From positions 2,912,001 to 2,976,000 of the forward strand of contig OZ253442.1 of the NCBI GenBank assembly GCA_965261085.1: a stretch of 64,000 bases of DNA. Direction: 5' to 3'. The stretch is from a bacterium. Its GTDB lineage: Bacteria; UBA8248. Below, one piece after another: positions 45,003-55,656 of the stretch (positions within the stretch are counted from its first letter, which is position 1; each line of letters begins with the position of its first letter). Both the position numbers and the translations under genes were made by a program. Below the pieces are notes generated by a model. It did not search any database. It saw only the letters and a program-made list of their open reading frames with translations, and was not told the DNA's origin.

Positions 45003-47825
45003 ATGAATTTAGACTACGCAAGGGATATCTTTCCCTTCGTCCAGAAGCCTTCGCGTTATCTGGGAAACGAGGTCAACGCGATCCATAAGGACCTCGCCAG
45101 AGTGAGGAGTCGAGTCGCCCTCGCCTTCCCGGATACCTACGAAGTCGGCATGTCGCACAACGGCATCCGCATACTCTATCACCTCCTGAACGCAGATGAA
45201 GACGTTGCCGCAGAGCGGGTTTTTCTCCCCTGGAATGATTTCGAGGCCATCCTGAGAAGCAAGAACGCGCTTCTGAGCACTCTTGAGAGTAGAACGCCCA
45301 TCCGGGAGTTCCACATTCTGGGAATATCGCTTCTATACGAACTGGCCGCCAGCAACATCGTCTTATTGCTCGATTTGGCCGGCATCCCCAGGCGCGCCGC
45401 CCAAAGGCGCAAGGAAGACCCACTCGTCATCGGGGGCGGCCCCGTGACGTTCAACGTAGAGCCTATGGCGCCTTTCTTCGACGCCGTCGCCCTCGGTGAT
45501 GGAGAGGAACTCTTCCCCGAGGTCATCAGGGTTCACGAAAAGTGGCGGGAGACGAACGAGCCGAGAGAGATGCTGCTCGAGATGTTAGAGGAGATTGACG
45601 GGATATATATCCCTAGTCGTTACGTGGTCGAACACGATCCGAGCGGCGAGGTGAAAAGTTTCCATCACCTCAGCGGACATCAAGAACCCGTTTTAGCGCG
45701 CGTTTTGGAGGATTTGAACAATTCGCCCCACCCCACGCAGCCCGTCATCCCCTACACCCAGGTGGTGCACGACCGGGTAACGCTCGAGGTGCAGCGCGGG
45801 TGCACGAGGGGATGCCGTTTTTGTCACGCAGGGATGGTCTACCGCCCCGTTCGGGATCGGGACCCGCACAAGGTTCTCGAACTCGCCGAGGAATCCCTCA
45901 AAAATACGGGTTATGAAGAAATCAGCCTCTCATCGCTTTGTATCGCCGATTATCAGCCGCTAAAGGGGCTGGTTCCCCGCTTGATGGAGCGCCTCGCCCC
46001 CATGCAAACCTCCATCTCCCTGCCATCGCTCCGCGTCGGTGCGATGAGCCCGGATCTACTGGCCCAAATTGCGCGCGTGCGCCGCACGGGCTTCACCTTG
46101 GTGCCCGAGGCCGGCAGCGAGCGTCTGCGCAACGTCATCAACAAGGTGTTGACCGAAGCGGATCTCAGGCGAAACCTTCAGGACATCCTCGATACCGGCT
46201 GGCCGGGCGTGAAATTCTACTTCATGCTCGGTCTTCCCACCGAGAATTTCGACGACCTACAGAAAATGGCGGACATGCTCATGTCCTGCATGAGAATGCG
46301 CTCGCGAAAAACGGGCGACCCGTTCCGCTTCATCAACGTAAGCCTTTCCACATTCGTGCCGAAACCACATACGCCGTTCCAGTGGTTTCCTCAAAACACG
46401 AAAGAGGAAATCAAGGCGAAGCTCGATTTCATCAAGCGTGCGGTGCCGGATAGGCGGATCAAGTTGAATTGGTCGGATCCCCGGCACAGTTTTCTCGAGG
46501 CGGTCATCTCAAAAGGTGATCGTCGCCAGGCGGATGTCATCGAGACGGCGGTCGACATGGGATGCAAATTCGACGGCTGGATGGAGTTTTTCGATTACGA
46601 GAAGTGGATGGCCGCCTTCGAAACCCATGGACTTGACCCGGAATGGTACGCCTACCGCGAAATCCCCGAAGATGCCCCGCTGCCCTGGGATCACCTCGAC
46701 TGCGGAGTGACCAAGGAGTACCAACTCGCCGACTGGAGACGATCCCTGCGCGAGGTCACCATCGGCGATTGCCGCTATGAGGCGTGCGGCCAATGCGGCA
46801 TTCTGGATAAATACAAGGGCATCAAATATCATTACGAAAAACCCATGCCCGGGATGAAATCCTCTCTTCCCATCATCAACGGACCGGCAGGGATGGGCGA
46901 TATCCCTCAGGCGGCGGATTTGCCCCCCGGGCAAGACGTTGCTCCCGCCGAGCTTGTGGAACTCGCAATCGCCAAGGCCCGGCCCGAACCGATACACCCC
47001 AAGCAGAGGCGTCGCAAGAACGTGGCCCGTGAATCCGGCCCCGTTCCCGTGGGTTTCGAGGGTTCACATGACGACAACCCCGGCCTCGCCGAGGAACAAC
47101 CCGACGCGCCCATCCGTAAATTCAGATTCATCTATAAAAAATCCGGAGACCTGCGCTTTTTAAGTCATTTGGAGATTCTGCGAACCTTTATCCGCGCCAT
47201 TCAGCGCGCAGGCTACCGCCTCGAACATTCCAAGGGCTTCAATCCGCACCCGAAAATCGTTTTCTCTTACGCACTGCCCGTGGGCGTGGAAAGCCGCGCG
47301 GAAGTGGTGGATTTCTCGCTTTTGGAGATCAACAAACGCATCGAATTGCGTGATTTGTTCCAAAACCTGAAACGAGAACTCCCGCGAGACCTCAAGCCAC
47401 GTTCGGGATGGCGCATCGAGGGGAAAACACCTTCATCAGCCAATGCGCTCAGCGCGGCGACGTATGAAATCTCCTTGTCCCGAAAAGATTTGGACTCGTC
47501 CGAAGCGCTGGATTCACAGATCAGAACCACTATCGAAGATTTCATGAACGAGAAAAGTATTGAAATAACGCGCGAACACAAAGGAAAAATAAAACATTTC
47601 GACGCGCGACCATCCATCATGCGATTTTCGCTCGAATCATCGATGGACACCGTCATCCGCCTGCACCTCACGGTGCGCTATGGAGATGGCGTGAAACCGA
47701 AGGTAACGGAAATTCTCGCCAGATGCTTCGGGTTGTCTCCCGAGGCGTGCCTGAGGGCCCGGATTCTGAAAATATCCATCCACTGGAGAGCGGGAACGTC
47801 CCGCGTGACAGCAAATGCCGTCTGA
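45003..47825 (+). CDS. TIGR03960-like radical SAM protein fused to TIGR03936-like domain
   Basis: KPSRYLGNE, FPDTYEVGMS and RGCTRGCRFC; C-terminal RFLSHLE and SKGFNPHPK. Confidence 0.92.
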   Translation: MNLDYARDIFPFVQKPSRYLGNEVNAIHKDLARVRSRVALAFPDTYEVGMSHNGIRILYHLLNADEDVAAERVFLPWNDFEAILRSKNALLSTLESRTPIREFHILGISLLYELAASNIVLLLDLAGIPRRAAQRRKEDPLVIGGGPVTFNVEPMAPFFDAVALGDGEELFPEVIRVHEKWRETNEPREMLLEMLEEIDGIYIPSRYVVEHDPSGEVKSFHHLSGHQEPVLARVLEDLNNSPHPTQPVIPYTQVVHDRVTLEVQRGCTRGCRFCHAGMVYRPVRDRDPHKVLELAEESLKNTGYEEISLSSLCIADYQPLKGLVPRLMERLAPMQTSISLPSLRVGAMSPDLLAQIARVRRTGFTLVPEAGSERLRNVINKVLTEADLRRNLQDILDTGWPGVKFYFMLGLPTENFDDLQKMADMLMSCMRMRSRKTGDPFRFINVSLSTFVPKPHTPFQWFPQNTKEEIKAKLDFIKRAVPDRRIKLNWSDPRHSFLEAVISKGDRRQADVIETAVDMGCKFDGWMEFFDYEKWMAAFETHGLDPEWYAYREIPEDAPLPWDHLDCGVTKEYQLADWRRSLREVTIGDCRYEACGQCGILDKYKGIKYHYEKPMPGMKSSLPIINGPAGMGDIPQAADLPPGQDVAPAELVELAIAKARPEPIHPKQRRRKNVARESGPVPVGFEGSHDDNPGLAEEQPDAPIRKFRFIYKKSGDLRFLSHLEILRTFIRAIQRAGYRLEHSKGFNPHPKIVFSYALPVGVESRAEVVDFSLLEINKRIELRDLFQNLKRELPRDLKPRSGWRIEGKTPSSANALSAATYEISLSRKDLDSSEALDSQIRTTIEDFMNEKSIEITREHKGKIKHFDARPSIMRFSLESSMDTVIRLHLTVRYGDGVKPKVTEILARCFGLSPEACLRARILKISIHWRAGTSRVTANAV

Positions 47826-49428
47826 AATCGTAGTCAACGCCGAACCGTTCGAAACACGTATCGCTGTGCTCGAAAACGGAGTAGCGGCCGAGCTCTATAT
47901 CGAACGCGAAAGCGGGAAAAACATCGTCGGCAATATCTATAAGGGAAAAGTGACGAAAGTGCTGCCGGGAATGCAGGCGGCATTCGTAGACATCGGGCTG
48001 GAAAAAGCGGGTTTTCTCTACGTGAGCGACGTGGACACCATCGAGTCCATCGAGAATTACCGGAAACTTGCTGCTGAGCAATCAGAGGACGACGATGACC
48101 TCGATTTCGAAGGCAACGACTTCAGCAACGGGGACGAGCACGACAACGACGATTACGAGCAACAAAATGGCTCGTCGCATCGCACCCTCGTCGGAAAACG
48201 TTCGCGTCGTTGGGACAAAGAAGAACGACACATAGAAGACCTGCTCAAAGACGGTCAGGACGTCATCGTCCAGGTCAGCAAAGAACCCCTGGGCACCAAA
48301 GGCTCCCGGCTGACGAGCTACATCACCCTACCCGGCCGGTACGTGGTCTACATGCCCACGATCAAGCAGATCGGCATCAGCAGGCGAATCGAGAACGAAG
48401 AAGAAAGAAAAAGACTCAAGAAACTGGTCCGCAGGAACCGCCAACCAGGGGCCGGATACATCGTTCGCACGGCGAGTGAAACCATGCCGGCCCAAGACAT
48501 TGAGGCCAACGTGAATTTCCTGCATGCGCTTTGGGAAGATATTTTAATCAAAAACGAATCGGCTTCGGCCCCATCCCGAATTCATGTGAATTTAAACATC
48601 ATAGAGCGGACCGTAAGGGATTTGTTCAATTCCGCCGTCGACAGGATGATCATCGACGACAAAGAACAATACCTGAAGACCAGGAAATTCCTGCAAAACT
48701 ACTATCCGCATCTGCTTCCCAAACTCCAGCACTATGATGGCGATGAGCCGGTATTCGATCATTTCGGCGTCGAACTCGAACTCGAACGCGCCCTCGGACA
48801 GCGCGTGTGGCTACGAAACGGCGGCTATATCGTGACCGATCAGACCGAGGCGCTTACAACAATCGACGTCAACACCGGGCGATTCGTGGGCAAGCAGAGC
48901 CCGGAAGAAACGATTCTCGAAACCAATCTGGAGGCGGTGCGGGAAATCGTATCCCAATTGCGCCTGCGCAACCTGGGCGGAATCATCATCGTCGATTTCA
49001 TCGACATGGAAAAAGAAGAAAACAGGGAAAACGTATTCAACACCTTCAAAGAGGAACTCAGGAAAGACCGCTCGCGCACAAACATATTGAAGATAAGCGA
49101 ACTGGGGCTCGTCGAGATGACCCGAAAGCGCGTTCGTGACAGCATTCAACGAACACTCTGCACCGCATGCCCCTATTGCGAAGGACGCGGACAGGTGAAA
49201 TCCGCGATCTCGGTAAGCTATGAAGCCATGCGGGAAGTGCGCCGAATGAGAAGAACACACAAAGATGCCGCGAAATTCCTCATGAACGTCCACCCCGAGG
49301 TCGTGGATATCCTCCTTGATGAAGAAAGAAGACACGTTGAAGAGCTCGAAAGCCTGCTCGACATACAACTGGTCATCAAAGGCGACGCCGAACTACATCG
49401 CGAAGGCTTCGAGGTCGTTCGGCTATAA
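47815..49428 (+). CDS. rng: Ribonuclease G / Rne-Rng family
   Basis: GNIYKGKV..VLPGMQAAFVDIG, IDVNTG, LRNLGGIIIVDFIDM and CPYC motifs. Confidence 0.93.
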   Translation: MPSEIVVNAEPFETRIAVLENGVAAELYIERESGKNIVGNIYKGKVTKVLPGMQAAFVDIGLEKAGFLYVSDVDTIESIENYRKLAAEQSEDDDDLDFEGNDFSNGDEHDNDDYEQQNGSSHRTLVGKRSRRWDKEERHIEDLLKDGQDVIVQVSKEPLGTKGSRLTSYITLPGRYVVYMPTIKQIGISRRIENEEERKRLKKLVRRNRQPGAGYIVRTASETMPAQDIEANVNFLHALWEDILIKNESASAPSRIHVNLNIIERTVRDLFNSAVDRMIIDDKEQYLKTRKFLQNYYPHLLPKLQHYDGDEPVFDHFGVELELERALGQRVWLRNGGYIVTDQTEALTTIDVNTGRFVGKQSPEETILETNLEAVREIVSQLRLRNLGGIIIVDFIDMEKEENRENVFNTFKEELRKDRSRTNILKISELGLVEMTRKRVRDSIQRTLCTACPYCEGRGQVKSAISVSYEAMREVRRMRRTHKDAAKFLMNVHPEVVDILLDEERRHVEELESLLDIQLVIKGDAELHREGFEVVRL

Positions 49429-49479
49429 TGAGGCGCCCTGCGTTTTCTTCATGATTTTGCCGCCCTGAGGGTAGATGAT

Positions 49480-50271
49480 ATGCGGCGGAGTGCATGTGCG
49501 TTGGCACTCGCTATATTCATGGCGGGGTGCGCCAATTTTCCCCAACTCGATCCAGACTCCACTCCCTCGGAGGCGCCCCGAAGCGCTTCCGACATCAAGG
49601 CGCTCGAGAAAGAATTATCCACCGCCGAGGAGCGTAATGCGCGCCTTCAGACCCAAGTGTCCGAATCCGCCAGGAAAATCGAGACGCTTACCGAAGAAAT
49701 TCGTGACTTAAAAAAGAAAAACAACGCCTTGAAAACCACTGCAGAAAGACTGAGGCGGGAAAACATCATCGCCAAGAGCTTTCCGGTTCCCCCACCTCCG
49801 CGAAGGCCGATGAGAGCGCCAAAAACCTCGCCCGGAATGCGGGCCGTATCGCCCCCAAAGCCGGGACCCGGGTCCATCACCCCCCAGGAACTCCATAACC
49901 AGTCGTATCGCGCCGTCAGGGACGGGAAAAACGGTGAAGCCATTCGTGGATTTCGCCGTTTCTTACGTCTGTTTCCCAAAAGTCAACTGGCGCCCCATTC
50001 CCAGTTTTGGCTTGGGGAGGCCTATTACGCGCTCATGCAATACCCCGAGGCGCTGGATGAATTTCTTAACCTCATCACCAGATACCCCAACAGTCGCAAA
50101 GTTCCGGATGCTTATTACAAACGAGGACTTACCTATATCCGGCGCGCATTTCCCCTGAATGCAACGCTTGAATTTGAAAAATTGCTCGAAAAATTCCCAG
50201 CTCACCCATTATCCCAAAAGGCGAGGGTCCAACTCCAAAATCTCAAGCACTACACCCGAAAAAAGCCCTGA
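49480..50271 (+). CDS. cpoB: Tol-Pal associated lipoprotein CpoB/YbgF (coiled coil + TPR)
   Basis: Lipobox MAGC, coiled coil, and TPR motifs FWLGEAYY and YPNS.KVPDA.YK. Confidence 0.8.
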   Translation: MRRSACALALAIFMAGCANFPQLDPDSTPSEAPRSASDIKALEKELSTAEERNARLQTQVSESARKIETLTEEIRDLKKKNNALKTTAERLRRENIIAKSFPVPPPPRRPMRAPKTSPGMRAVSPPKPGPGSITPQELHNQSYRAVRDGKNGEAIRGFRRFLRLFPKSQLAPHSQFWLGEAYYALMQYPEALDEFLNLITRYPNSRKVPDAYYKRGLTYIRRAFPLNATLEFEKLLEKFPAHPLSQKARVQLQNLKHYTRKKP

Positions 50272-50383
50272 TAAGAATAAATGAACTATACTCCCCTCGC
50301 CCCTGAATTTTTCCATGTCTTGACACGAGATACGGACTTCGTGTTATGGATGCAGGGGTAATAATGAACGCCGGAGATCGTAA

Positions 50384-51571
50384 ATGAGCACCTGGAACTC
50401 CATCATGCGCTCTCAAAATCAAGGCTCTTTGAGCCTCGACGATGCTTGGCTCGTCCTGCAAACCCTCCCAGGTATGACGCCTGAGCGTTTGAATCGATTG
50501 ACGGATGCGTTTCCGATTCCTGCGGAAGTTTTCGAGGCGCCTCCCGCCGTATTCGCGCGCCTTTGCGGCCGGAAAGCGCGTGAAGTTCTGGATAAGGATT
50601 CTCCGCTCGATTTGGCCTCGAAGATCCGCCAGGAGGCATCGAAAATAGGCGCAGGGATTATCACGCGCGATTCCGCCCAATATCCCGAGTCGCTGCACGA
50701 GATTTACGCCCCGCCGGGCGCATTTTTCATCGAAGGAGAAATTCTGGCCGCAGATCGCCTCGCCGTCGCCATCGTCGGCATGCGACGCCCGACAGACTAC
50801 GGAAGACGAGTGGCGAGACAGCTTGCGGCCGACCTCGCCAGGAAGGGGGTCACCATCGTCAGCGGAATGGCTTACGGTATCGATGCGGAAGCCCACAGAG
50901 CCACGCTCGATGCAGGGGGTAGAACCATTGCCATCCTCGGGTGTGGCCTTACCCAGAACTACCCGGCCGACCACAAGGAACTCAGAGGCGAGATTGCCGC
51001 CCACGGCGCCGTCGTATCCGAATTCCACCTTCGCGCTCATCCGAGGAAAGAGAATTTCCCGAGGAGAAACCGCCTCATCAGCGGCTTGTCTCTGGCGACG
51101 GTCGTAGTCGAGGCCGCGCAGCGAAGCGGCGCCCTCCTGACCGCCCGCCTGGCGCTCGAACAAGGACGCGAGGTGATGGCCGTACCGGGGCCCGTTCATA
51201 CCCAGAAAAGCACCGGTTGCCATTATCTGATAAAAGAAGGGGCGCACCTGGTCGAAAACGTGGACGACATCGTCAACGCCCTTCCAGAGTACGCCCGAAG
51301 TATGCTAGATAGTCCAGCGCAGATTCGAATCAAGGGATTCGGGCCTGAGAAAAGCGAAGCCAGAGACGCTCCAAAGCCGGCGCCGCACCAGAATCTCACG
51401 GAAGATGAAAATGCGCTTTTACTCTTGCTGGAGAATGGGGACAACACCATAGATGGACTGACTCAACAACGAGGCCTCCCGGCGCAAGAAGTTTCATCCG
51501 CCTTGTTGCGCCTGGAACTGGAAGGCCTCGTGAGACAAACGAATTCAGGAATGTATGAACGGTTTACATGA
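50384..51571 (+). CDS. dprA: DNA-processing protein DprA
   Basis: VSGMAYGID..AH, FPRRNRLISG and SGALLTA motifs; C-terminal winged helix. Confidence 0.96.
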   Translation: MSTWNSIMRSQNQGSLSLDDAWLVLQTLPGMTPERLNRLTDAFPIPAEVFEAPPAVFARLCGRKAREVLDKDSPLDLASKIRQEASKIGAGIITRDSAQYPESLHEIYAPPGAFFIEGEILAADRLAVAIVGMRRPTDYGRRVARQLAADLARKGVTIVSGMAYGIDAEAHRATLDAGGRTIAILGCGLTQNYPADHKELRGEIAAHGAVVSEFHLRAHPRKENFPRRNRLISGLSLATVVVEAAQRSGALLTARLALEQGREVMAVPGPVHTQKSTGCHYLIKEGAHLVENVDDIVNALPEYARSMLDSPAQIRIKGFGPEKSEARDAPKPAPHQNLTEDENALLLLLENGDNTIDGLTQQRGLPAQEVSSALLRLELEGLVRQTNSGMYERFT

Positions 51572-51763
51572 TGAGGCGATCGGCTCGCTCGTCGATAGGG
51601 AATTTTTGATTTGCGTTATGAATCTTCCACGAAAGAGGTACCGGATGAGACGAACCGCCTCCGCGAAGCGCAAGCGATTGCAAGTCGAAAAATGATAGCC
51701 GCCCACCAGGATAATTCATCCACAGATAACGCCCGAATAACAACCAGCGGGCATGAGAAATAA

Positions 51764-54325
51764 ATGAACGACAAAAAAAACCCGAACAAAGCGGCCTCGA
51801 AGCGCTCTACAGCCAAGGGTAAAACCCGCAAAAGCGCCTCTCGCGGCGCGCGAACCGGAAAATCCGCGTCTAAACTCCTCATCGTGGAGTCGCCGACGAA
51901 AGTGCGCACCATCCAGAAATTCCTGGGCTCTGATTTCGACATCCTCGCATCGCGAGGCCATGTGCGGGATTTGCAAAAAACGGGCGAGCGGAAAATGGGA
52001 ATCGACGTTCACAACGATTTCAAGGCCGATTACGGCGTAATTCAGGGGAAATCCAAAACCATAGATCAGTTGCGCAAGGCGGCTACGGCGGCGAAAGAGA
52101 TTTATCTCGCCCCCGACCCGGACCGCGAGGGTGAGGCCATTGCCTGGCATATTCAGGAACTCCTCGGGGGTTCTGATGCCGAAAACGAATTCTACCGGGT
52201 GACGTTCAACGAGATCACGAAGCGCGCGGTGCAGGAAGCGCTCTTGAAACCCGGGCGAATCGATCAGAAAAAAGTAGACGCGCAGGAAACCCGCAGAAAG
52301 CTGGACAGAATCGTGGGCTTCAAGCTCTCAGGCGAAATACTCTGGAACAAGGTCGCATTCGGTCTCAGCGCGGGCCGGGTGCAGTCCGTCGCGCTTAAAC
52401 TGATATGCGAGCGCGAAGACGCCATAGAGGCCTTTGAGCCGAAAGAATACTGGAGCATCACGGCGCATCTGGAAAAAGCAGGCTTTGATCCTCGTTTTGA
52501 AGCCAAACTGCACCGAATCGACGGAAAAGAAGCGGAAGTTCCGGATGAATCCAGGGCGATGGAACTGGCGGGGAAAATAACATCCAGCGCTTTGAGGGTT
52601 TCCAGGGTAGAGAAAAAAGAGCGTCGGCGCAGACCGTCCGCTCCTTTCATCACCAGCACCCTTCAGCAAGAGAGTTCCAGCAAACTGCGCTATGGCGCCA
52701 AAAAGACCATGAGCATTGCGCAGTCATTGTACGAGGGGGTGAATTTAGGGCGGGAAGCGGGAAACGTCGGCCTCATCACTTACATGCGGACGGATTCCGT
52801 GCGCCTGGCGCCGGAGTCCATCGCCGCAGCCCGCACTTATATCGAGACGAATTACGGCCAAGACCACCTTCCCCGGAAACCCAATATTTTCAAGACAAGA
52901 GAGACGGCCCAGGACGCGCACGAGGCGATCCGGCCCACCGACGTGCGCCTCACGCCCGATAAGGTGCGGGCGTTCCTGAAGCCTGAACAATTTTCCCTCT
53001 ACAGCCTCATCTGGCGGCGGTTCCTCGCAAGCCAGATGGCGCCGGCCGTCTATGACCAGACGAGTGTGGACATCACCCCCTACCACCAGACGGTGAACAT
53101 AGCGGACAAAGAAGAACTCCTCCTCAGGGCGAGCGGTTCTATCTTGAAATTCAAGGGGTTCCTTAGTGTCTACCAGAACGCCACCGAATCCCGGGGCGAT
53201 GCGGAGGACGCGAAAGCCAGGCCGTCAAATTCCGAGCAGGACAGGCTCCTGCCGCCTCTGGAAGACGGCGACCCTCTATCGCTCGTGAAATCCGAATCCG
53301 CGCCCACCGGCGTCGCGCCCGAGCAACACTTCACCCAGCCTCCGCCGCGTTATACGGAAGCATCTTTGGTGAAGGAACTCGAAGAAGACGGCGTCGGTCG
53401 TCCGAGCACCTATGCGAGCATCCTCGACACTTTAGAGAAGCGCAAATACGTCACCATCGAAAGAAAGCGCAGACAGTTCACGCCCTCCTCTCTCGGTCGG
53501 GAGGTGAACCGTCTCCTCACCCAGGGCTTTCCAGACCAGATCGACGTGGGCTTTACGGCGAAAATGGAAAAATATCTCGACGACATCGAGAACGGGACGA
53601 CGCCGTGGCTACCCGTGATGAAAGATTTTTATGACAATTTCGACAAGAAAATTCAGCTCGCCAAAAAAGAACTGCCGAATCTCAAGACAAAAGAAGAGCC
53701 CATCGGCAGAAATTGCCCTGAATGCGAGAGTGAACTGGTGAAAAAATTCAGCAAGAATGGCTGGTTCATCTCCTGTTCGGGATACCCGGGCTGCCGTTAT
53801 TCGGAGAGCATCCCCACCGAGAATGAGCCCGATCCGGAAGCAGCGGAAGAGATGGCCCGCATCGAGGAAATCGCCCAGCCCTGCGAGGAGTGCGGCGCGC
53901 CCATGCAGGCGAAGCGCGGGCCTTTTGGAATATATCTGTCCTGTACGGCATACCCGAACGAGCACAAGAAAAGAAAAGCGCTCGGCAATGGACAATCGCC
54001 CGCTGCTCCCAAGTCGACCGGCGTGAGTTGCCCCCGTGAGGGCTGTGATGGGGAGTTCGTCGAGCGGCGCTCCCGCCGCACCGGAAAGCCATTTTACGGA
54101 TGCAATCGCTTCCCGGCGTGCAAGACCGTAGCATGGGACTGGCCCGTGCCACAGCCCTGTCCTTCCTGCGCGCATCCCATCCTCACCATCAAGACGACCA
54201 AGAAAAACGGCAACCAGCTCGTTTGTCCCCAAAAAGAATGCGGGCATGCGGTAGAATGTCCTCCTGAGCTCGTCGAGCGGATGGAAGCCTCGAAAACCAC
54301 TCCTGCCCAGGAGGTCACGACTTGA
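51764..54325 (+). CDS. topA: DNA topoisomerase I (type IA) with Zn ribbons
   Basis: IVESPTK, DPDREGE, SAGRVQ, ITYMRTDS and GVGRPSTY motifs; C-terminal CxxC repeats. Confidence 0.97.
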   Translation: MNDKKNPNKAASKRSTAKGKTRKSASRGARTGKSASKLLIVESPTKVRTIQKFLGSDFDILASRGHVRDLQKTGERKMGIDVHNDFKADYGVIQGKSKTIDQLRKAATAAKEIYLAPDPDREGEAIAWHIQELLGGSDAENEFYRVTFNEITKRAVQEALLKPGRIDQKKVDAQETRRKLDRIVGFKLSGEILWNKVAFGLSAGRVQSVALKLICEREDAIEAFEPKEYWSITAHLEKAGFDPRFEAKLHRIDGKEAEVPDESRAMELAGKITSSALRVSRVEKKERRRRPSAPFITSTLQQESSSKLRYGAKKTMSIAQSLYEGVNLGREAGNVGLITYMRTDSVRLAPESIAAARTYIETNYGQDHLPRKPNIFKTRETAQDAHEAIRPTDVRLTPDKVRAFLKPEQFSLYSLIWRRFLASQMAPAVYDQTSVDITPYHQTVNIADKEELLLRASGSILKFKGFLSVYQNATESRGDAEDAKARPSNSEQDRLLPPLEDGDPLSLVKSESAPTGVAPEQHFTQPPPRYTEASLVKELEEDGVGRPSTYASILDTLEKRKYVTIERKRRQFTPSSLGREVNRLLTQGFPDQIDVGFTAKMEKYLDDIENGTTPWLPVMKDFYDNFDKKIQLAKKELPNLKTKEEPIGRNCPECESELVKKFSKNGWFISCSGYPGCRYSESIPTENEPDPEAAEEMARIEEIAQPCEECGAPMQAKRGPFGIYLSCTAYPNEHKKRKALGNGQSPAAPKSTGVSCPREGCDGEFVERRSRRTGKPFYGCNRFPACKTVAWDWPVPQPCPSCAHPILTIKTTKKNGNQLVCPQKECGHAVECPPELVERMEASKTTPAQEVTT

Positions 54326-55656
54326 GCGAGAGACTGCGGATAATCGGCGGAGGTCTCGCCGGCTGTGAAGCCGCCTGGCAGGCGGCCAAGCGGGGCGTAC
54401 AGGTCGACCTCTACGAGATGCGTCCTCACAAGAAAACGCCCGCCCATGAAACCAGCGGGTTGGCCGAGCTCGTCTGCTCGAATTCTTTTCGCTCGAATTC
54501 CATCGAAAACGCCTCGGGCCTGCTGAAAGAAGAAATGCGTAAGTTCGATTCGCTCATCCTGCGGGGTGCGGATTCCTGCCGGGTTCCCGCAGGGCTGGCG
54601 CTGGCGGTGGATCGCTCGTCTTTCAGCAAGACCATCACCGAAACAATCGAAAACGATCCGCGAATCACCATTCACAGGGAAGAAATCCGGGATTTGGAGG
54701 AGAAAACCCCCACCATCGTCGCCACCGGCCCGCTCACGAGCGATTCTCTTTCCGCCGAAATCGCCCGCCTGACGCAAGGCAAGTATCTGTATTTCTATGA
54801 CGCCATTTCACCCATTCTACATGCGGACAGCATCGACATGTCGATGGCGTTCACGGCCTCGCGCTACGGAAAGGGCAACGAAGAAGGCGGCGAGGGCGAC
54901 TACCTCAACCTGGGACTCAACGAATCGCAGTATTACCAATTCGTCGAGGTTCTTCTCGGCGGCGAGAAAATCCCCCTTCGCGAATTCGAGCGCGCGATTT
55001 ATTTCGAGGGCTGCCTGCCTCTCGAAGAAATGGCCGCTCGCGGAAAAGACACGATGGCGTTCGGGCCGATGAAGCCCGTAGGCCTCGAGCATCCCGAAAC
55101 GGGAGAGACCTACTGCGCGGTCGCTCAACTCAGGCGCGAGGATTTGACGGGAGACTACTTCTCCATGGTGGGTTTTCAGACCAGGCTGCGCTATCCGGAG
55201 CAAAAGCGCATCTTCTCGACGCTACCGGCTCTCGAGAAAGCGCGTTTTTTGCGCTACGGAAGCCTGCACCGAAATACCTACATCAATGCGCCGCGCCTGC
55301 TGCGGATTACCTTGCAACTCAAGCGTCACCCGCATATTTTCATGGCGGGCCAGCTCACAGGCGTCGAGGGATACCTCGAATCGGCCGCCATCGGCCTTAT
55401 CGCCGGAATCAACGCGGCCGCCGCCATCCAGGGGGAACCCATCACCCCCCCACCCGCAACGACGGCGCTCGGCGCTTTGAATCGCTACATCATCGAAGCG
55501 AATCCGAGAAATTTCCAGCCCATGAACATCAACTTCGGCCTCTTCCCGCCCCTGGAAAAGCGCGTTCCCAAAAGATTCAGGAAAAAGCACGTCACCAATC
55601 GCGCTATCGAGGATTTGGAGCAATGGCGAAACAAACTCGCCTCACAAACAGCCTGA
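54322..55656 (+). CDS. trmFO: tRNA m5U54 methyltransferase TrmFO (Gid)
   Basis: GGGLAGCEAA, ELVCSNS, ALAVDR, HRNTY and GQLTGVEGY motifs. Confidence 0.97.
   Translation: MSERLRIIGGGLAGCEAAWQAAKRGVQVDLYEMRPHKKTPAHETSGLAELVCSNSFRSNSIENASGLLKEEMRKFDSLILRGADSCRVPAGLALAVDRSSFSKTITETIENDPRITIHREEIRDLEEKTPTIVATGPLTSDSLSAEIARLTQGKYLYFYDAISPILHADSIDMSMAFTASRYGKGNEEGGEGDYLNLGLNESQYYQFVEVLLGGEKIPLREFERAIYFEGCLPLEEMAARGKDTMAFGPMKPVGLEHPETGETYCAVAQLRREDLTGDYFSMVGFQTRLRYPEQKRIFSTLPALEKARFLRYGSLHRNTYINAPRLLRITLQLKRHPHIFMAGQLTGVEGYLESAAIGLIAGINAAAAIQGEPITPPPATTALGALNRYIIEANPRNFQPMNINFGLFPPLEKRVPKRFRKKHVTNRAIEDLEQWRNKLASQTA

Noticed and set aside
46820-47110. Long Pro-rich linker in the radical SAM fusion, possible missed stop or intein
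   Set aside because: The frame is open, there are no intein motifs, and TIGR03960-TIGR03936 fusions are known.
48070-48235. Acidic low-complexity insertion in the RNase G S1 domain
   Set aside because: Such variable inserts are common in Rne/Rng proteins.
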